Source: Candidatus Latescibacterota bacterium
GTDB taxonomy: Bacteria > Latescibacterota > UBA2968 > GCA-2709665
Direction of reading: 5' to 3'
NCBI GenBank assembly: GCA_965219995.1
Contig: CBDCOX010000002.1
Location: forward strand, 5,120,001 to 5,184,000
DNA length: 64,000 bases
The position numbers and the translations under genes are program-made. Under the pieces are notes generated by a model that searched no databases, was not told where the DNA came from, and was given only the letters and a program-made list of their open reading frames with translations. This document shows positions 1-9,353 of the stretch, piece by piece. Each line of letters opens with the position of its first letter. Positions within the stretch are counted from its first letter, which is position 1.

Positions 1-1
1 C

Positions 2-154
2 GAACAGGACCTGATTGTGCTCGTGCCGAAGAAAGACTGGGTGGACCTGCCGCATCTGTTCATTCATCACGGGCGGGCGATCTGCAGTGCCAGGTCACCG
101 GATTGCGACGCATGCGGAGTCGGCGCGCTGTGTCCGTCACAGGGCCGGGCGTGA
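2..154 (+). CDS. nth: Endonuclease III, C-terminal part (truncated by window edge)
   Basis: Frame from nt 2 reads EQDLIVLVPKKDWVDLPHLFIHHGRAICSARSPDCDACGVGALCPS*, with the HGRxxC-x6-C-x2-C-x5-C 4Fe-4S motif. Confidence 0.9.
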   Translation, partial: EQDLIVLVPKKDWVDLPHLFIHHGRAICSARSPDCDACGVGALCPSQGRA

Positions 155-476
155 CGACTTCCACCGTGTGATTCGGTTGTTCCACGTTCCGGATACCGAC
201 GCCACGGGAAGTGTCGTTTGGCGTTTTCCTCACTGACAGGAAATGTGGGTATTTTTTTCGAATTTGGGGCTTGACTTTCGATATTCGGAACGATAAATTT
301 TCGTCCGAAAAATCCGATGAGATACGCTCCGGTTCCGGGATCGGGGCCCGCCTCGGGACCTGTGCCAGCAGAAATCTGAGTTCTTTCGGGAGAAAGCTAT
401 CGGCATCTTTGCCTGATGTCGATGTCGGATGCAGGTTCCAGGAGAAGGGTCTGGCGCCGCGGAGGTCGAACGGAAT

Positions 477-911
477 ATGGCCGAGAAACTGGCTTCTGAA
501 AAGCTGGCGTTTTACCAGAAGTTGCTGCTGGATCGAAAGAAAGACCTGCTGAAACAGACCAGCCTGGAAGATGCCGATATTGACGAACTCAGAAAAGACC
601 GCTCGGCGGATCCGTTCGACATGGCCGGGAACGCGATTTCACTGGAGTTGATGGCGACTCTGGGTAATAACGAACGGCGCGAGCTGGCCGAGATCGACCA
701 TGCGCTGGGCAAGATCGAAGACGGAACCTACGGCATCTGCGAAGTGTCGGGGGAGATGATCGGCGAGATGCGCCTGGAAGCCATTCCCACGGCCCGTCAT
801 ACCATGCAGGTCCAGCAGGAGAGAGAGCGAAATCCTCAGATTGTCGACCGACCGAGGCGGCGGGCGATCTCCGCCGAAGACCTGCCCATGAGTGGAGACG
901 AAGATACCTGA
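477..911 (+). CDS. dksA: DksA/TraR-family RNA polymerase-binding protein
   Basis: GGAGG upstream of ATG 477; coiled-coil tip DPFDMA (DxxDxA); EIDHALGKIEDGTYGICEVSGEMIGEMRLEAIPTA. Confidence 0.85.
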   Translation: MAEKLASEKLAFYQKLLLDRKKDLLKQTSLEDADIDELRKDRSADPFDMAGNAISLELMATLGNNERRELAEIDHALGKIEDGTYGICEVSGEMIGEMRLEAIPTARHTMQVQQERERNPQIVDRPRRRAISAEDLPMSGDEDT

Positions 912-930
912 GGCGGAGCGAGATGGGAGA

Positions 931-963
931 AAAACGGCGATTCTGAGCGGGATCGCCTTTTTT
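931..963 (+). terminator. Rho-independent terminator after dksA
   Basis: A-tract, GGCGAT...ATCGCC stem, then TTTTTT. Confidence 0.7.
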
Positions 964-1056
964 CGTGGCCGGGCGTCACCATCAGCTGTATCAACACGGC
1001 GAAGCAGCCGCGGCATCAAACATCACGACAACCAGAGCCACATCAGGTTCAAGATC

Positions 1057-2019
1057 ATGGCAAACACCCGGCAGATCGTACGTCAACTGGATATTCTGAG
1101 AGAACTCTCATCTCGGCAGTACGGCGCGACAATCAAGGAACTCGTTCAGACGTTTCGCGTGACGAGGCGGACAATAGAACGCGACCTGCGCGACCTTAGC
1201 GAAGCGGGCTTTCCCCTTTATACGGACAAACAAGGCCGTGAGAACGCGTGGAAACTCATGAGCGATAGCAGCGTGCCGCCCCTGAATTTTCCGGTGGGAG
1301 AGCTGATTGCCCTGACCTACATCACTGGAATCATCGAGGAATCGCCGTTTAAAACGGAATATTGGAACATGCTCAATCGGATCCGGACAACACTGCCGGA
1401 AAAGATGCGCGTATTCCTGGAACAGGCAGCCTATCATCCTCACATCCGCGGACAGAAGGCACAAATTAAACCTCATGTATTTCAAAGAACGCAGGAAGCA
1501 ATCACGGAGCGAAGGGTCTGTAACGTGACCTACCGCGCCATCGGCACCGGGGAGAGCAAGACTTATCCCATTCTGCCATTCAGGTTCTTGTACCACTACG
1601 ATGGCGTGTATCTGCTCTGCCGCAATCCGAAATACGGAAATTTACTGACCCTGGCCGCTGAACGGATCGAGGAAATTCAGGTCACGTCCCAGGTGTTTGA
1701 CGCGGCGGAAGATTCTGATATTGAAGAGCAACTCAACCAGGCATTCGGTGTCGTTCTTGAAGCACCGATCGAGGTTAGCGTCCGCTTCTCGCCATCCCAG
1801 GTGCCGTATATCAGACAACGGATATGGCACCCCACCCAGGAGATCGAGGAATTGGACGACGACGGTATCATTCTTCACTTTCGTGCAGGTGGCCTCTATG
1901 AAATTAAGTCGTGGATTCTGAGCCACGGCGCAAGCGCCGAAGTCCTGGCGCCATCGTCCTTGCGTGCCGAAATTTCCGAGGAACTTGAAAAAAATCTGAG
2001 ATCTTACAAAAAAACCTGA
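1057..2019 (+). CDS. WYL-domain transcriptional regulator (wHTH-WYL-WCX)
   Basis: N-terminal HTH (VTRRTIERDLRDL), WYL-like core (YHYDGVYLLC...LAAERIEEI), WCX tail (HPTQEIEE...SWILSHGASAEVLAPSSLR). Confidence 0.93.
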   Translation: MANTRQIVRQLDILRELSSRQYGATIKELVQTFRVTRRTIERDLRDLSEAGFPLYTDKQGRENAWKLMSDSSVPPLNFPVGELIALTYITGIIEESPFKTEYWNMLNRIRTTLPEKMRVFLEQAAYHPHIRGQKAQIKPHVFQRTQEAITERRVCNVTYRAIGTGESKTYPILPFRFLYHYDGVYLLCRNPKYGNLLTLAAERIEEIQVTSQVFDAAEDSDIEEQLNQAFGVVLEAPIEVSVRFSPSQVPYIRQRIWHPTQEIEELDDDGIILHFRAGGLYEIKSWILSHGASAEVLAPSSLRAEISEELEKNLRSYKKT

Positions 2020-2021
2020 CG

Positions 2022-2046
2022 ACATACGACGCGGTTCGTCGCATAT
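2022..2046. promoter_or_regulatory. Imperfect palindrome, candidate WYL-regulator operator
   Basis: ACATACGAC-gcggttc-GTCGCATAT (7/9 arm complementarity, 7-nt spacer) between the WYL stop and the AAA gene. Confidence 0.55.
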
Positions 2047-2172
2047 CCTGTTTAACTTGAGGCGTGTTCATTGGAAACACGCCTCTTTTTGTTGCCCTGC
2101 GTCCGGAATGACACGGCGAAGACGTAGACAGGCGAACCTTGGAAATCGACTGGAAGGAGAGGATCTCAATCA

Positions 2173-4959
2173 ATGGACCGACGGGAACTTCGGGAGTTCT
2201 TTTCAAAATCTGGGCATTTTTCGTCCGGCAGCGAATACAGTCTGCACCTTTCGCGCACTTACATGCTTAACATTCTCCGTGTCGCCCAGTTCAACCGGAG
2301 CATTCGGTCGGACGTCGTTGGCTGTTTGAAGGAAGATGTAGCGATTCAGGAGCTTCTGGATGTCCAGGTTGATGTGCAATATCGCGACAACAAGAAGAAG
2401 GTAATCAGGAACATCAAGCGTGCGACTCAGAATCTCGAGCGGAAGACCAATCGGCCTCCTGAACCAGGGCCCGACGCGACAGCAACCCGTCTTGTCGTGG
2501 AACGTTTCTCGCTGGACGCGGCGGCGGCCGATCTGCTCGAACTGGCGCACGGCTATACCCATTGTTCTCTCACTAAAGAGATCTGGGACGCATTCAGGCC
2601 CTCATATTCAAGTCCTGTTGACGGATTGGAGCTCTTCTTGAGACGGCCGCGGCTGGAGATCGAGAAGGGCCTCAGGGAACTGGCACGTTCCGGAATCGCA
2701 GATTGGGAGAAGGGCACTCAACCGAACGAATACCAGGATCCGGACGACCTCATCGAAGACTGGTTCCACGAAGTGTGGCATCCACCAGTGCGGGACATGG
2801 ATGAATTGACTGCACGGCTGGTTGGTGAACCATGTGTCGCTCGGTTGCGTTTCGATGACTTCGCCCACGTCGCGGACACCAAGCACGTACGCCGCACTCT
2901 GAAAGCAGTAATGCTTCAGCGATGCAACGGCGCGCAGGCAACGGGTGTCAACATCCTGCTCGTGGGCAGGGCGGGTACGGGTAAGACCGAATTCGCAAAG
3001 ACGATCGCAGCGGCATCCGGATTGACACTCTTTTCCGTTGGCGAAATGCGAAATGGCGACGAAGAATCTTGCGATACCGACAACGACAGGCGCGCCGACC
3101 GTCGCAATGAACTGCGCATGGCGCAAACACTGCTTCATACCATGCCCGAAGCCGCGATTCTTTGCGACGAGGCCCAAGACGCGCTGGAGTCGACCGGCGG
3201 CTCCCGCCTCGCCAATCACCGGCTAATAGAGGAGAATCCCGTTCCGGTAATATACACCTCGAACAGTTTGAATGACCTGGACGAGAGCATGCTCCGGCGC
3301 TTCACGATGGTTGTCAGGTTCACGGCCCACGGACCGACGCGTCAGGCTGCCATCTTGCGGCGGATGCTGGCTGAAAGCGGCATCGAGGGTATCGACGCTA
3401 CCAAATGTGCCAGACGACTTGTGGACCGTCTAGAATGTCCGCCGGGCATCCTGGCGAAGGCCATTGAAACGACCCGCCTTGTGGGAGGCACGGAATCGGA
3501 CCTTTACAATCTCTGCGAACGGTCCGAGCTCACAATCGCCGCCAATAGAGCGCGCCCACGACTGGGGGCGCCGGTACGGGCTGCCCTGCCGTGGACGGCT
3601 TTTGCGCATCTGGGGCCGGTCGCCGAAGACGTAAGACAGACCCTCGCGGCGGCGATGGATTCGAAGCCAAAAGGCATAAATATCCTCCTGTACGGACCCC
3701 CGGGAACCGGAAAAACCGAATTTGCGCGTACACTCTGCGGCGAGGCGGGCGCACGGATGTACGCGATCGGCAACAATGAGGTCGGTTCCGAGGCGCGTGT
3801 TGCCGTATTCCGCACAAAAACACTCGATTATGCGCTCGAGTCATTGGCCGACGAGCCCGACTCGGTGATTTTCTTCGATGAAATGGAGGACTTCGACAGC
3901 GTGGAGAAACACTGGCTGAATCGCATCGTGGAAGAAAATCCGGTGCCCATCATCTGGGCGTGCAACTCGATTGGCTTCTACCGGATGATTCAGCCGTTCT
4001 TCATCGACCGGATGATGCACGCGATCGAATTCCGCCGCATGTCCGTCGGCGCGAGGAAGCGTGTGTTCTCCGGAATCCTCACCAATGCACAGGTGCCTGA
4101 TCCGGAAGTACGGCGACTCGCGACGGAACTGGCGCACGACGACAAAGTGACCCCCAGGCACCTGGCTCTGGCGACGCATCAGGCGGCTATGATCGCGGGG
4201 AACGCGGATGTCATCCGGCGGAATGTTGAACAGAAGGTGAAACTGCGTTACGGCGTCCGTCCGGTCGAAAGCTTCCCAATCAAGAACTACGACCTTTCTC
4301 TGGTCAACGCGGGTACGAATCTGGAGGAATTGACCGCACGGATGGTTGGAATCGGCGCGAAGCGTTTCGCGCTCTGTTTGTACGGCCCGCCCGGAACGGG
4401 GAAGACGGCCTTTGTGCGCCACATTGCAGAACGAATGGGGATGGAATTGTTGCCGAAACGAGCTTCGGATCTGCTCAGCAAGTGGGTGGGGGAAACCGAG
4501 CAGCAGATGGCCGCCGCCTTTTCGGAAGCCGTTGAGACAGGCTCATTTCTGGTATTCGACGAGGCCGACTCCCTCCTGATGGACCGCGAGCACGCCGTGC
4601 GGTCGTGGGAAACCGGCATGGTCAACGAGTTGCTCAGCCAGATGGAGCGGCACCCGCTTCCGTTCGCGTGTACCACGAATCGGCGGGAAGCGCTCGATCC
4701 GGCCGCTGCCCGCCGCTTCATATTCAGGGTCGAGTTCTTCTACATGGACCGGCAACGCGTCGAAAAGGCTTTCAGGTTCTTCTACGGGTTTGAAGCTCCG
4801 TCGGACGCACTTGTGCTTAACAAACTCACGCCGGCGGATTTCGCAAATGTCCGTGAGCGGGCGAAGATTCTGAATTTCCTCGACGACCCGGTGCGTATCG
4901 GCCGCGCACTCGAGGAGGAATGCCGCCACAAACCCGGCGTCGCACCGCTCGGATTCTGA
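2173..4959 (+). CDS. AAA+ ATPase with three tandem AAA modules
   Basis: Walker A GRAGTGKT, GPPGTGKT, GPPGTGKT; Walker B ILCDE, IFFDE, LVFDE; KWVGE pore loop in module 3; C-terminal LGF; GGAGG RBS. Confidence 0.92.
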   Translation: MDRRELREFFSKSGHFSSGSEYSLHLSRTYMLNILRVAQFNRSIRSDVVGCLKEDVAIQELLDVQVDVQYRDNKKKVIRNIKRATQNLERKTNRPPEPGPDATATRLVVERFSLDAAAADLLELAHGYTHCSLTKEIWDAFRPSYSSPVDGLELFLRRPRLEIEKGLRELARSGIADWEKGTQPNEYQDPDDLIEDWFHEVWHPPVRDMDELTARLVGEPCVARLRFDDFAHVADTKHVRRTLKAVMLQRCNGAQATGVNILLVGRAGTGKTEFAKTIAAASGLTLFSVGEMRNGDEESCDTDNDRRADRRNELRMAQTLLHTMPEAAILCDEAQDALESTGGSRLANHRLIEENPVPVIYTSNSLNDLDESMLRRFTMVVRFTAHGPTRQAAILRRMLAESGIEGIDATKCARRLVDRLECPPGILAKAIETTRLVGGTESDLYNLCERSELTIAANRARPRLGAPVRAALPWTAFAHLGPVAEDVRQTLAAAMDSKPKGINILLYGPPGTGKTEFARTLCGEAGARMYAIGNNEVGSEARVAVFRTKTLDYALESLADEPDSVIFFDEMEDFDSVEKHWLNRIVEENPVPIIWACNSIGFYRMIQPFFIDRMMHAIEFRRMSVGARKRVFSGILTNAQVPDPEVRRLATELAHDDKVTPRHLALATHQAAMIAGNADVIRRNVEQKVKLRYGVRPVESFPIKNYDLSLVNAGTNLEELTARMVGIGAKRFALCLYGPPGTGKTAFVRHIAERMGMELLPKRASDLLSKWVGETEQQMAAAFSEAVETGSFLVFDEADSLLMDREHAVRSWETGMVNELLSQMERHPLPFACTTNRREALDPAAARRFIFRVEFFYMDRQRVEKAFRFFYGFEAPSDALVLNKLTPADFANVRERAKILNFLDDPVRIGRALEEECRHKPGVAPLGF

Positions 4960-5008
4960 CGGCTGGCTGCGGATCGACATTTTCTGCGGACAAAGCCAAG
5001 GAGGAACG

Positions 5009-5662
5009 ATGGCTCGAAAGGACCTATCAATAGCGCGTTTAATCCGCCAGCGGATGCAGGATCTCGGTATCACCCGGGGTGAGCTTGTCCGACGTATGGG
5101 ATATGCGAATATTACCAAAGGATGTCGTCGAATCGACCAGATCTGTGGCGGCCGAGTTGAATTCGCGGAGAACCTCCGGGCCGAGCTTGCAGAGGGGCTT
5201 GAGGTGGAAGTCAACGTGATTGACGAGTCCATTGAGGTCACCCGCGCGGAATTGATTGAAGCGGAAGACAAGGCCTATCGTGCATCTTTCATGCCCCACG
5301 CGGTGATTCTGACGGAGCTAAATGTACCGACTCAGATCACGTTTTACGCGATGACCGGCGGATCCCGTCATCGGATTATTCAGTTCAAGGAAGGGTCAAA
5401 TCCGGAAACGTACGCGATACAGGCACGAGAAGCGCTTCCCAACGTGGTGCCGTTCCTGGGCGCTCCAACCGGATATGTTATCAACTACACTCCTGATTTT
5501 GCGCTGAGATTCAACAAGGATGGCAGGCTCGTCGCGAGGCTCAGCCGTGCATTCCGGGTGGGGCAATCAAGCGTTGCTATCGGCGGCAAGGAGATCGACG
5601 AGAAAACCTGGGCGTCGCTCACTGGCGACGTTGATGTCCATTCCTCGCTCGATGTAAATTGA
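5009..5662 (+). CDS. XRE-type HTH protein with unknown C-terminal domain
   Basis: AGGAGG RBS; LIRQRMQDLGITRGELVRRMGY...ELAEGLEV HTH pattern. Confidence 0.75.
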   Translation: MARKDLSIARLIRQRMQDLGITRGELVRRMGYANITKGCRRIDQICGGRVEFAENLRAELAEGLEVEVNVIDESIEVTRAELIEAEDKAYRASFMPHAVILTELNVPTQITFYAMTGGSRHRIIQFKEGSNPETYAIQAREALPNVVPFLGAPTGYVINYTPDFALRFNKDGRLVARLSRAFRVGQSSVAIGGKEIDEKTWASLTGDVDVHSSLDVN

Positions 5663-5751
5663 CGCATATTGTTTGGAGCAACCACCGCTCCATTTCTTAA
5701 AGAAAATCAAGCCGGGACCGAGCGTTCGAACTATACACGTGGAGACGCGTC

Positions 5752-6162
5752 ATGTCGGACGAGAAAGACAAAAACCGTAACGTACAGGGCCGGAGACGTG
5801 TGGCAGTTGACGTTGCGGCGGCAAAGAAGGCAAGGGCGGAAGCGGCCACGTGGCGGGAAATCGCCGCGAAGGCGGCCGACGATTATTCGAAGCGGGAAGG
5901 GAAATTCGCAAGGCGGCTTGCGGAATTGGAGGCTTTGGGGGCCCTGGCCAGAGGGTGTCTGGAAGCGAAGGATGCAGCCAAAGCCCTCGAGGCTGCGGCG
6001 AAGAAGTGGGAGGCAGGTGACCGAGAACGCGCAAAGCACTTCGAGGAGGAAGCGAACACTGCGATGATGGACTCCCTGGACGGATTGGACAAAGCGGACG
6101 ATCTTTGGGAGATGGAGCAGGAGGAGAAATCGACCTCGCAGGGCGGCACGAAAACACCCTAG
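5752..6162 (+). CDS. Hypothetical alpha-helical (coiled-coil) protein
   Basis: GGAG RBS; Ala/Glu/Lys-rich 136-aa ORF. Confidence 0.6.
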   Translation: MSDEKDKNRNVQGRRRVAVDVAAAKKARAEAATWREIAAKAADDYSKREGKFARRLAELEALGALARGCLEAKDAAKALEAAAKKWEAGDRERAKHFEEEANTAMMDSLDGLDKADDLWEMEQEEKSTSQGGTKTP

Positions 6163-6260
6163 ACCCAGAACCGGGGGCCAAGCCACCGTAACATTCTTTA
6201 TTGGACTCGGAGGGTGCGTGTTCTCACACAATGTTGGCACAAGGGGGTCAGCATAACAAA

Positions 6261-6286
6261 GCCTGCCAATTGGCATACTGGCAGGC
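6261..6286. terminator. Hairpin between convergent genes
   Basis: GCCTGCCA-n10-TGGCAGGC inverted repeat. Confidence 0.45.
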
Positions 6287-6321
6287 GGGCTGTTGACGAA
6301 ATGTCGTGGTGCGGTGGATGC

Positions 6322-6570
6322 TTAATCTATGGCGTTCAGCCTTGCTTCGTTCGCGGCGATGCGTTCCCCGAACGAATCCAATCGGGAGTCAATTTTGTCC
6401 AGGCGAACTTCGATTCTGTCGAACCGTCTATCCATACGCCGTTCCAGATCGCTTGTCATATAATACACAATTCCAAAGGTAGCGATGAAATTGGATGTTG
6501 CCAACGCCAGGACGGCCACGATGATTCTGGTGGTTTCGGCGGTCCAGAATTTACCGTTACCTGTGGTCAT
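6322..6570 (-). CDS. Small membrane-anchored coiled-coil protein
   Basis: One hydrophobic segment, then heptads (MDRRFDRIEVRLDKIDSRLD); GAGGG upstream. Confidence 0.7.
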   Translation of the reverse strand: MTTGNGKFWTAETTRIIVAVLALATSNFIATFGIVYYMTSDLERRMDRRFDRIEVRLDKIDSRLDSFGERIAANEARLNAID

Positions 6571-6691
6571 CGGATACCCTCATATTGGCTACTTGCAGGT
6601 AGCTGTGATACTGTAGAAATCTAACAAATCGCGGGGGCTTGTCAAGCCTGACCTTGAATCGAATTACCCAGGCGAACAGAGTAGCTGAACC

Positions 6692-8161
6692 ATGGCAATG
6701 CAATACCTCTCCAAGTCCAGAATCATGGCGGGTCGCCAATGCGGGAAGCGCCTGTGGCTGGAGGCGCATCGGCGGGATCTCATCGCATATGACCCGGACG
6801 TAAAGCACCGCCTGGCGGTGGGCGAGGACGTCAATGTCGTGGCGCGTGCTCAGTATCCGGACGGGGCGTTCGTCGGATACGATGACGGGGCGGATGCCGC
6901 CATCGAGGAAACCAACCGTTTGCTGGATCAACGGCCCGGCGCGTCGATCTTTGAGGCGACATTCGCGGCGCATGGAGTTTTGATACGTGCAGATATCCTC
7001 AAGCCGCATCGGGAGGGGTTCGTTCTCATCGAAGTAAAGTCCACGACCTCGGTCAGGGCTCATTACTATGAAGATTGTGCCGTGCAGGCCTGGGTCCTGG
7101 AACGCGCGGGTCTCCGGGTCAATGCGGTCCGGCTTTGTCATATCGACAACCGGTTCGTGTATCCCGGAAACGGCGACTACCGCGGCCTGTTTCATTACGT
7201 GGACGTGACGAGAGAGGTTCAGAGACGAATCGGCATCGTCCCTGAATGGATACGGCACTACAGGGACCTGCTCGACGGCGGCGAACCGCACGTCGAGATG
7301 GGATCCCATTGTACGACGCCCTATTCATGCCCTTTTATCGGCTATTGTCGCGGCGAGGAAACCCGATATCCGTTAAGGTGCATGCCGCATCCCCACGGCA
7401 CGCGTGAGGTTACGGACGGCCTGATCGCCGACGGCGTTGAAGACATCCGCGACATCCCTGAAGGCCGGTTGCGCAACGAGAGACAGAAGTGGGTACGGCG
7501 CGTGACGATTGAAGGAACGCCGGAATTGAAGCCGGAGGCCGCCCAGGTGGGCGCGTGCGGTTATCCGCGCTATTATCTCGACTTCGAGACAGTGCAATTC
7601 GCGATTCCCATCTGGGAAGTCACGCGTCCCTTCGAGATTCTGCCGTTTCAATGGTCCTGCCACATTGAGCTCGAAAATGGCGATTTGCAGCACGAAGAAT
7701 TCCTCGACACCACCGGCAATCCTCCGATGCGTACCTGCGCGGAATCGCTCCTGAGGATCGCGGGCACGGAAGGACCGATGTTCACGTACGGGAGCTTTGA
7801 AAAGACGGTCCTGAATTCACTGTCGGCGCGCTTTCCCGATCTTGCCGAAGGATTACACGGGTTGACGGAGCGGCTCGTGGATCTCCTTCCGATCGTGCGA
7901 AGTACGTACTATCACCCGGATATGCTCGGTTCGTGGTCGATCAAGAAAGTCTTGCCGACGGTCGCGCCACATCTCGACTACGGATCGCTCGGTCAAGTCC
8001 AGGACGGCGCCGCTGCAGGAACGGCTTATTTGCGGATTATCAATCCTGAAACCGATGCCGCCGAGCGCCAGCGGCTGGAGCGGGAGTTGTTGGAATACTG
8101 CAAGCTCGACACGCTGGGGATGGTGGAACTCGTGAGATTTCTCTCCCGCGGCGACCGATAA
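6692..8161 (+). CDS. DUF2779-domain protein (PD-(D/E)XK nuclease-like N-terminus, RNase H-like C-terminus)
   Basis: LSKSRIMAGRQCGKRLWL; RADIL...LIEVKS; HCTTPYSCPFIGYC; YLDFET...PFQWSCH; GSWSIKKVLP; LLEYCKLDTLGMV. Confidence 0.9.
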   Translation: MAMQYLSKSRIMAGRQCGKRLWLEAHRRDLIAYDPDVKHRLAVGEDVNVVARAQYPDGAFVGYDDGADAAIEETNRLLDQRPGASIFEATFAAHGVLIRADILKPHREGFVLIEVKSTTSVRAHYYEDCAVQAWVLERAGLRVNAVRLCHIDNRFVYPGNGDYRGLFHYVDVTREVQRRIGIVPEWIRHYRDLLDGGEPHVEMGSHCTTPYSCPFIGYCRGEETRYPLRCMPHPHGTREVTDGLIADGVEDIRDIPEGRLRNERQKWVRRVTIEGTPELKPEAAQVGACGYPRYYLDFETVQFAIPIWEVTRPFEILPFQWSCHIELENGDLQHEEFLDTTGNPPMRTCAESLLRIAGTEGPMFTYGSFEKTVLNSLSARFPDLAEGLHGLTERLVDLLPIVRSTYYHPDMLGSWSIKKVLPTVAPHLDYGSLGQVQDGAAAGTAYLRIINPETDAAERQRLERELLEYCKLDTLGMVELVRFLSRGDR

Positions 8162-8191
8162 CGAGCCTCGCACTCATAAGGAAGGAATGCT

Positions 8192-8347
8192 ATGTCGGAT
8201 ACGCTCAGGTTCCCATCTGTGCGCAATAGTGGTTCACCATTTCTAAGTTACTCAGCCATTGAGAGGGCGTCGGGTCTGTCGGAGCAGATTTCCGATGCGG
8301 TGGTTTTGGTAAAGGCCGATACAGAAACAATCTGGGAGTCGACGTAA
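8192..8347 (+). CDS. Possible small ORF (51 aa) or gene remnant
   Basis: AAGGAAGGA upstream of ATG; MSDTLRFPSVRNSG...ETIWEST*; no recognisable motif. Confidence 0.3.
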   Translation: MSDTLRFPSVRNSGSPFLSYSAIERASGLSEQISDAVVLVKADTETIWEST

Positions 8348-8409
8348 ATCGAACGATATGTGCAAAGTCTTATAATCGTAGAAGCGAACCAACAAATAGG
8401 AGGTGTGCG

Positions 8410-9213
8410 GTGGATAACGAAGAGTACCTGAAGGAAGTTAATAACGCGCTTGCGAGAGACGAAACCCTACTCGGACGTGTCTGGAAACACACTTATCCTG
8501 TTGAAAAATCTCCTGACGAGATTTCAAAGGAATTGGACAAGGCTACAAGCGGTTTCGTCTACAATTATAGGCGTTACCTTGGCGCAATGTTAAATGGAGA
8601 AATTCCCGACAAACCAACCCTTGCCAAACAGACTGAACGCGCATTGCGGAGTTTCCAAAAGCGGCATCGAGGAGTTCTAAGCAATGGGACTGAACAGGAA
8701 CTAAAGCTACGTGAGGAAAAGTGCGCATCAATCGCAAACAACCCGGAAGAAGTGGAAAGGGAGAATGCAGATATTGAGATTGAATCCATAAGACGAATTG
8801 GAGAATTCGAAAAGGCAAACGTACCGGGAATATATCTTTATACGTATCCTCGTTATTTAAGTGCGCCGATAGAACCGTCCAATGATGATTCCACCATGAG
8901 GACATTTATGAAAATTGGTATTTCCGAGAAGAATGCGCGCGAGCGTATCCGACAACAGACTACAGGAATGCCGGAACCGCCAAAGATAATCGAAATCTGG
9001 GTCGTTAATAACGATGACGACGTAAAACTGTTAGAATCCAAAATCAAGCATCACTTAAACACGATAGGTCACGGAAGGTCCGGCACCAGACGACGGGAGT
9101 GGTTCTTGACGAACGAAGAAACAGTAGTATCGACCATCGATCTAATTGGTCTCACCCGTTTCGCTGATCACGTGAAAGAAACATCTGCAAACGTGAAGAA
9201 TGTCGGTGAATAG
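8410..9213 (+). CDS. GIY-YIG nuclease (T5orf172-like C-terminal domain)
   Basis: GIYLYTY...MKIGISEKNARERIRQQTTGMPE...LESKIKHHL...REWF; AGGAGG RBS; low GC. Confidence 0.88.
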   Translation: MDNEEYLKEVNNALARDETLLGRVWKHTYPVEKSPDEISKELDKATSGFVYNYRRYLGAMLNGEIPDKPTLAKQTERALRSFQKRHRGVLSNGTEQELKLREEKCASIANNPEEVERENADIEIESIRRIGEFEKANVPGIYLYTYPRYLSAPIEPSNDDSTMRTFMKIGISEKNARERIRQQTTGMPEPPKIIEIWVVNNDDDVKLLESKIKHHLNTIGHGRSGTRRREWFLTNEETVVSTIDLIGLTRFADHVKETSANVKNVGE

Positions 9214-9353
9214 CCGACGGTTCTTGCTCTTCGTCCAAGGTTACGAACACGAGGTAAGACGCTGGAAGGAAGAGAATTGAAACCGTGACCACTGCTACGT
9301 AATGCGCGGTAACATCTGCCTGGACATACAGGGAATATTGGGAGTGATTCTGT

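Noticed and set aside
892-1056. N-terminal extension of the WYL ORF in the ORF track
   Set aside because: Overlaps the dksA stop and terminator; the HTH begins after ATG 1057.
6692-8161. DUF2779 protein as CRISPR Cas4
   Set aside because: It has a Cas4-like nuclease motif but a DUF2779 architecture and no cas1, cas2 or array nearby.
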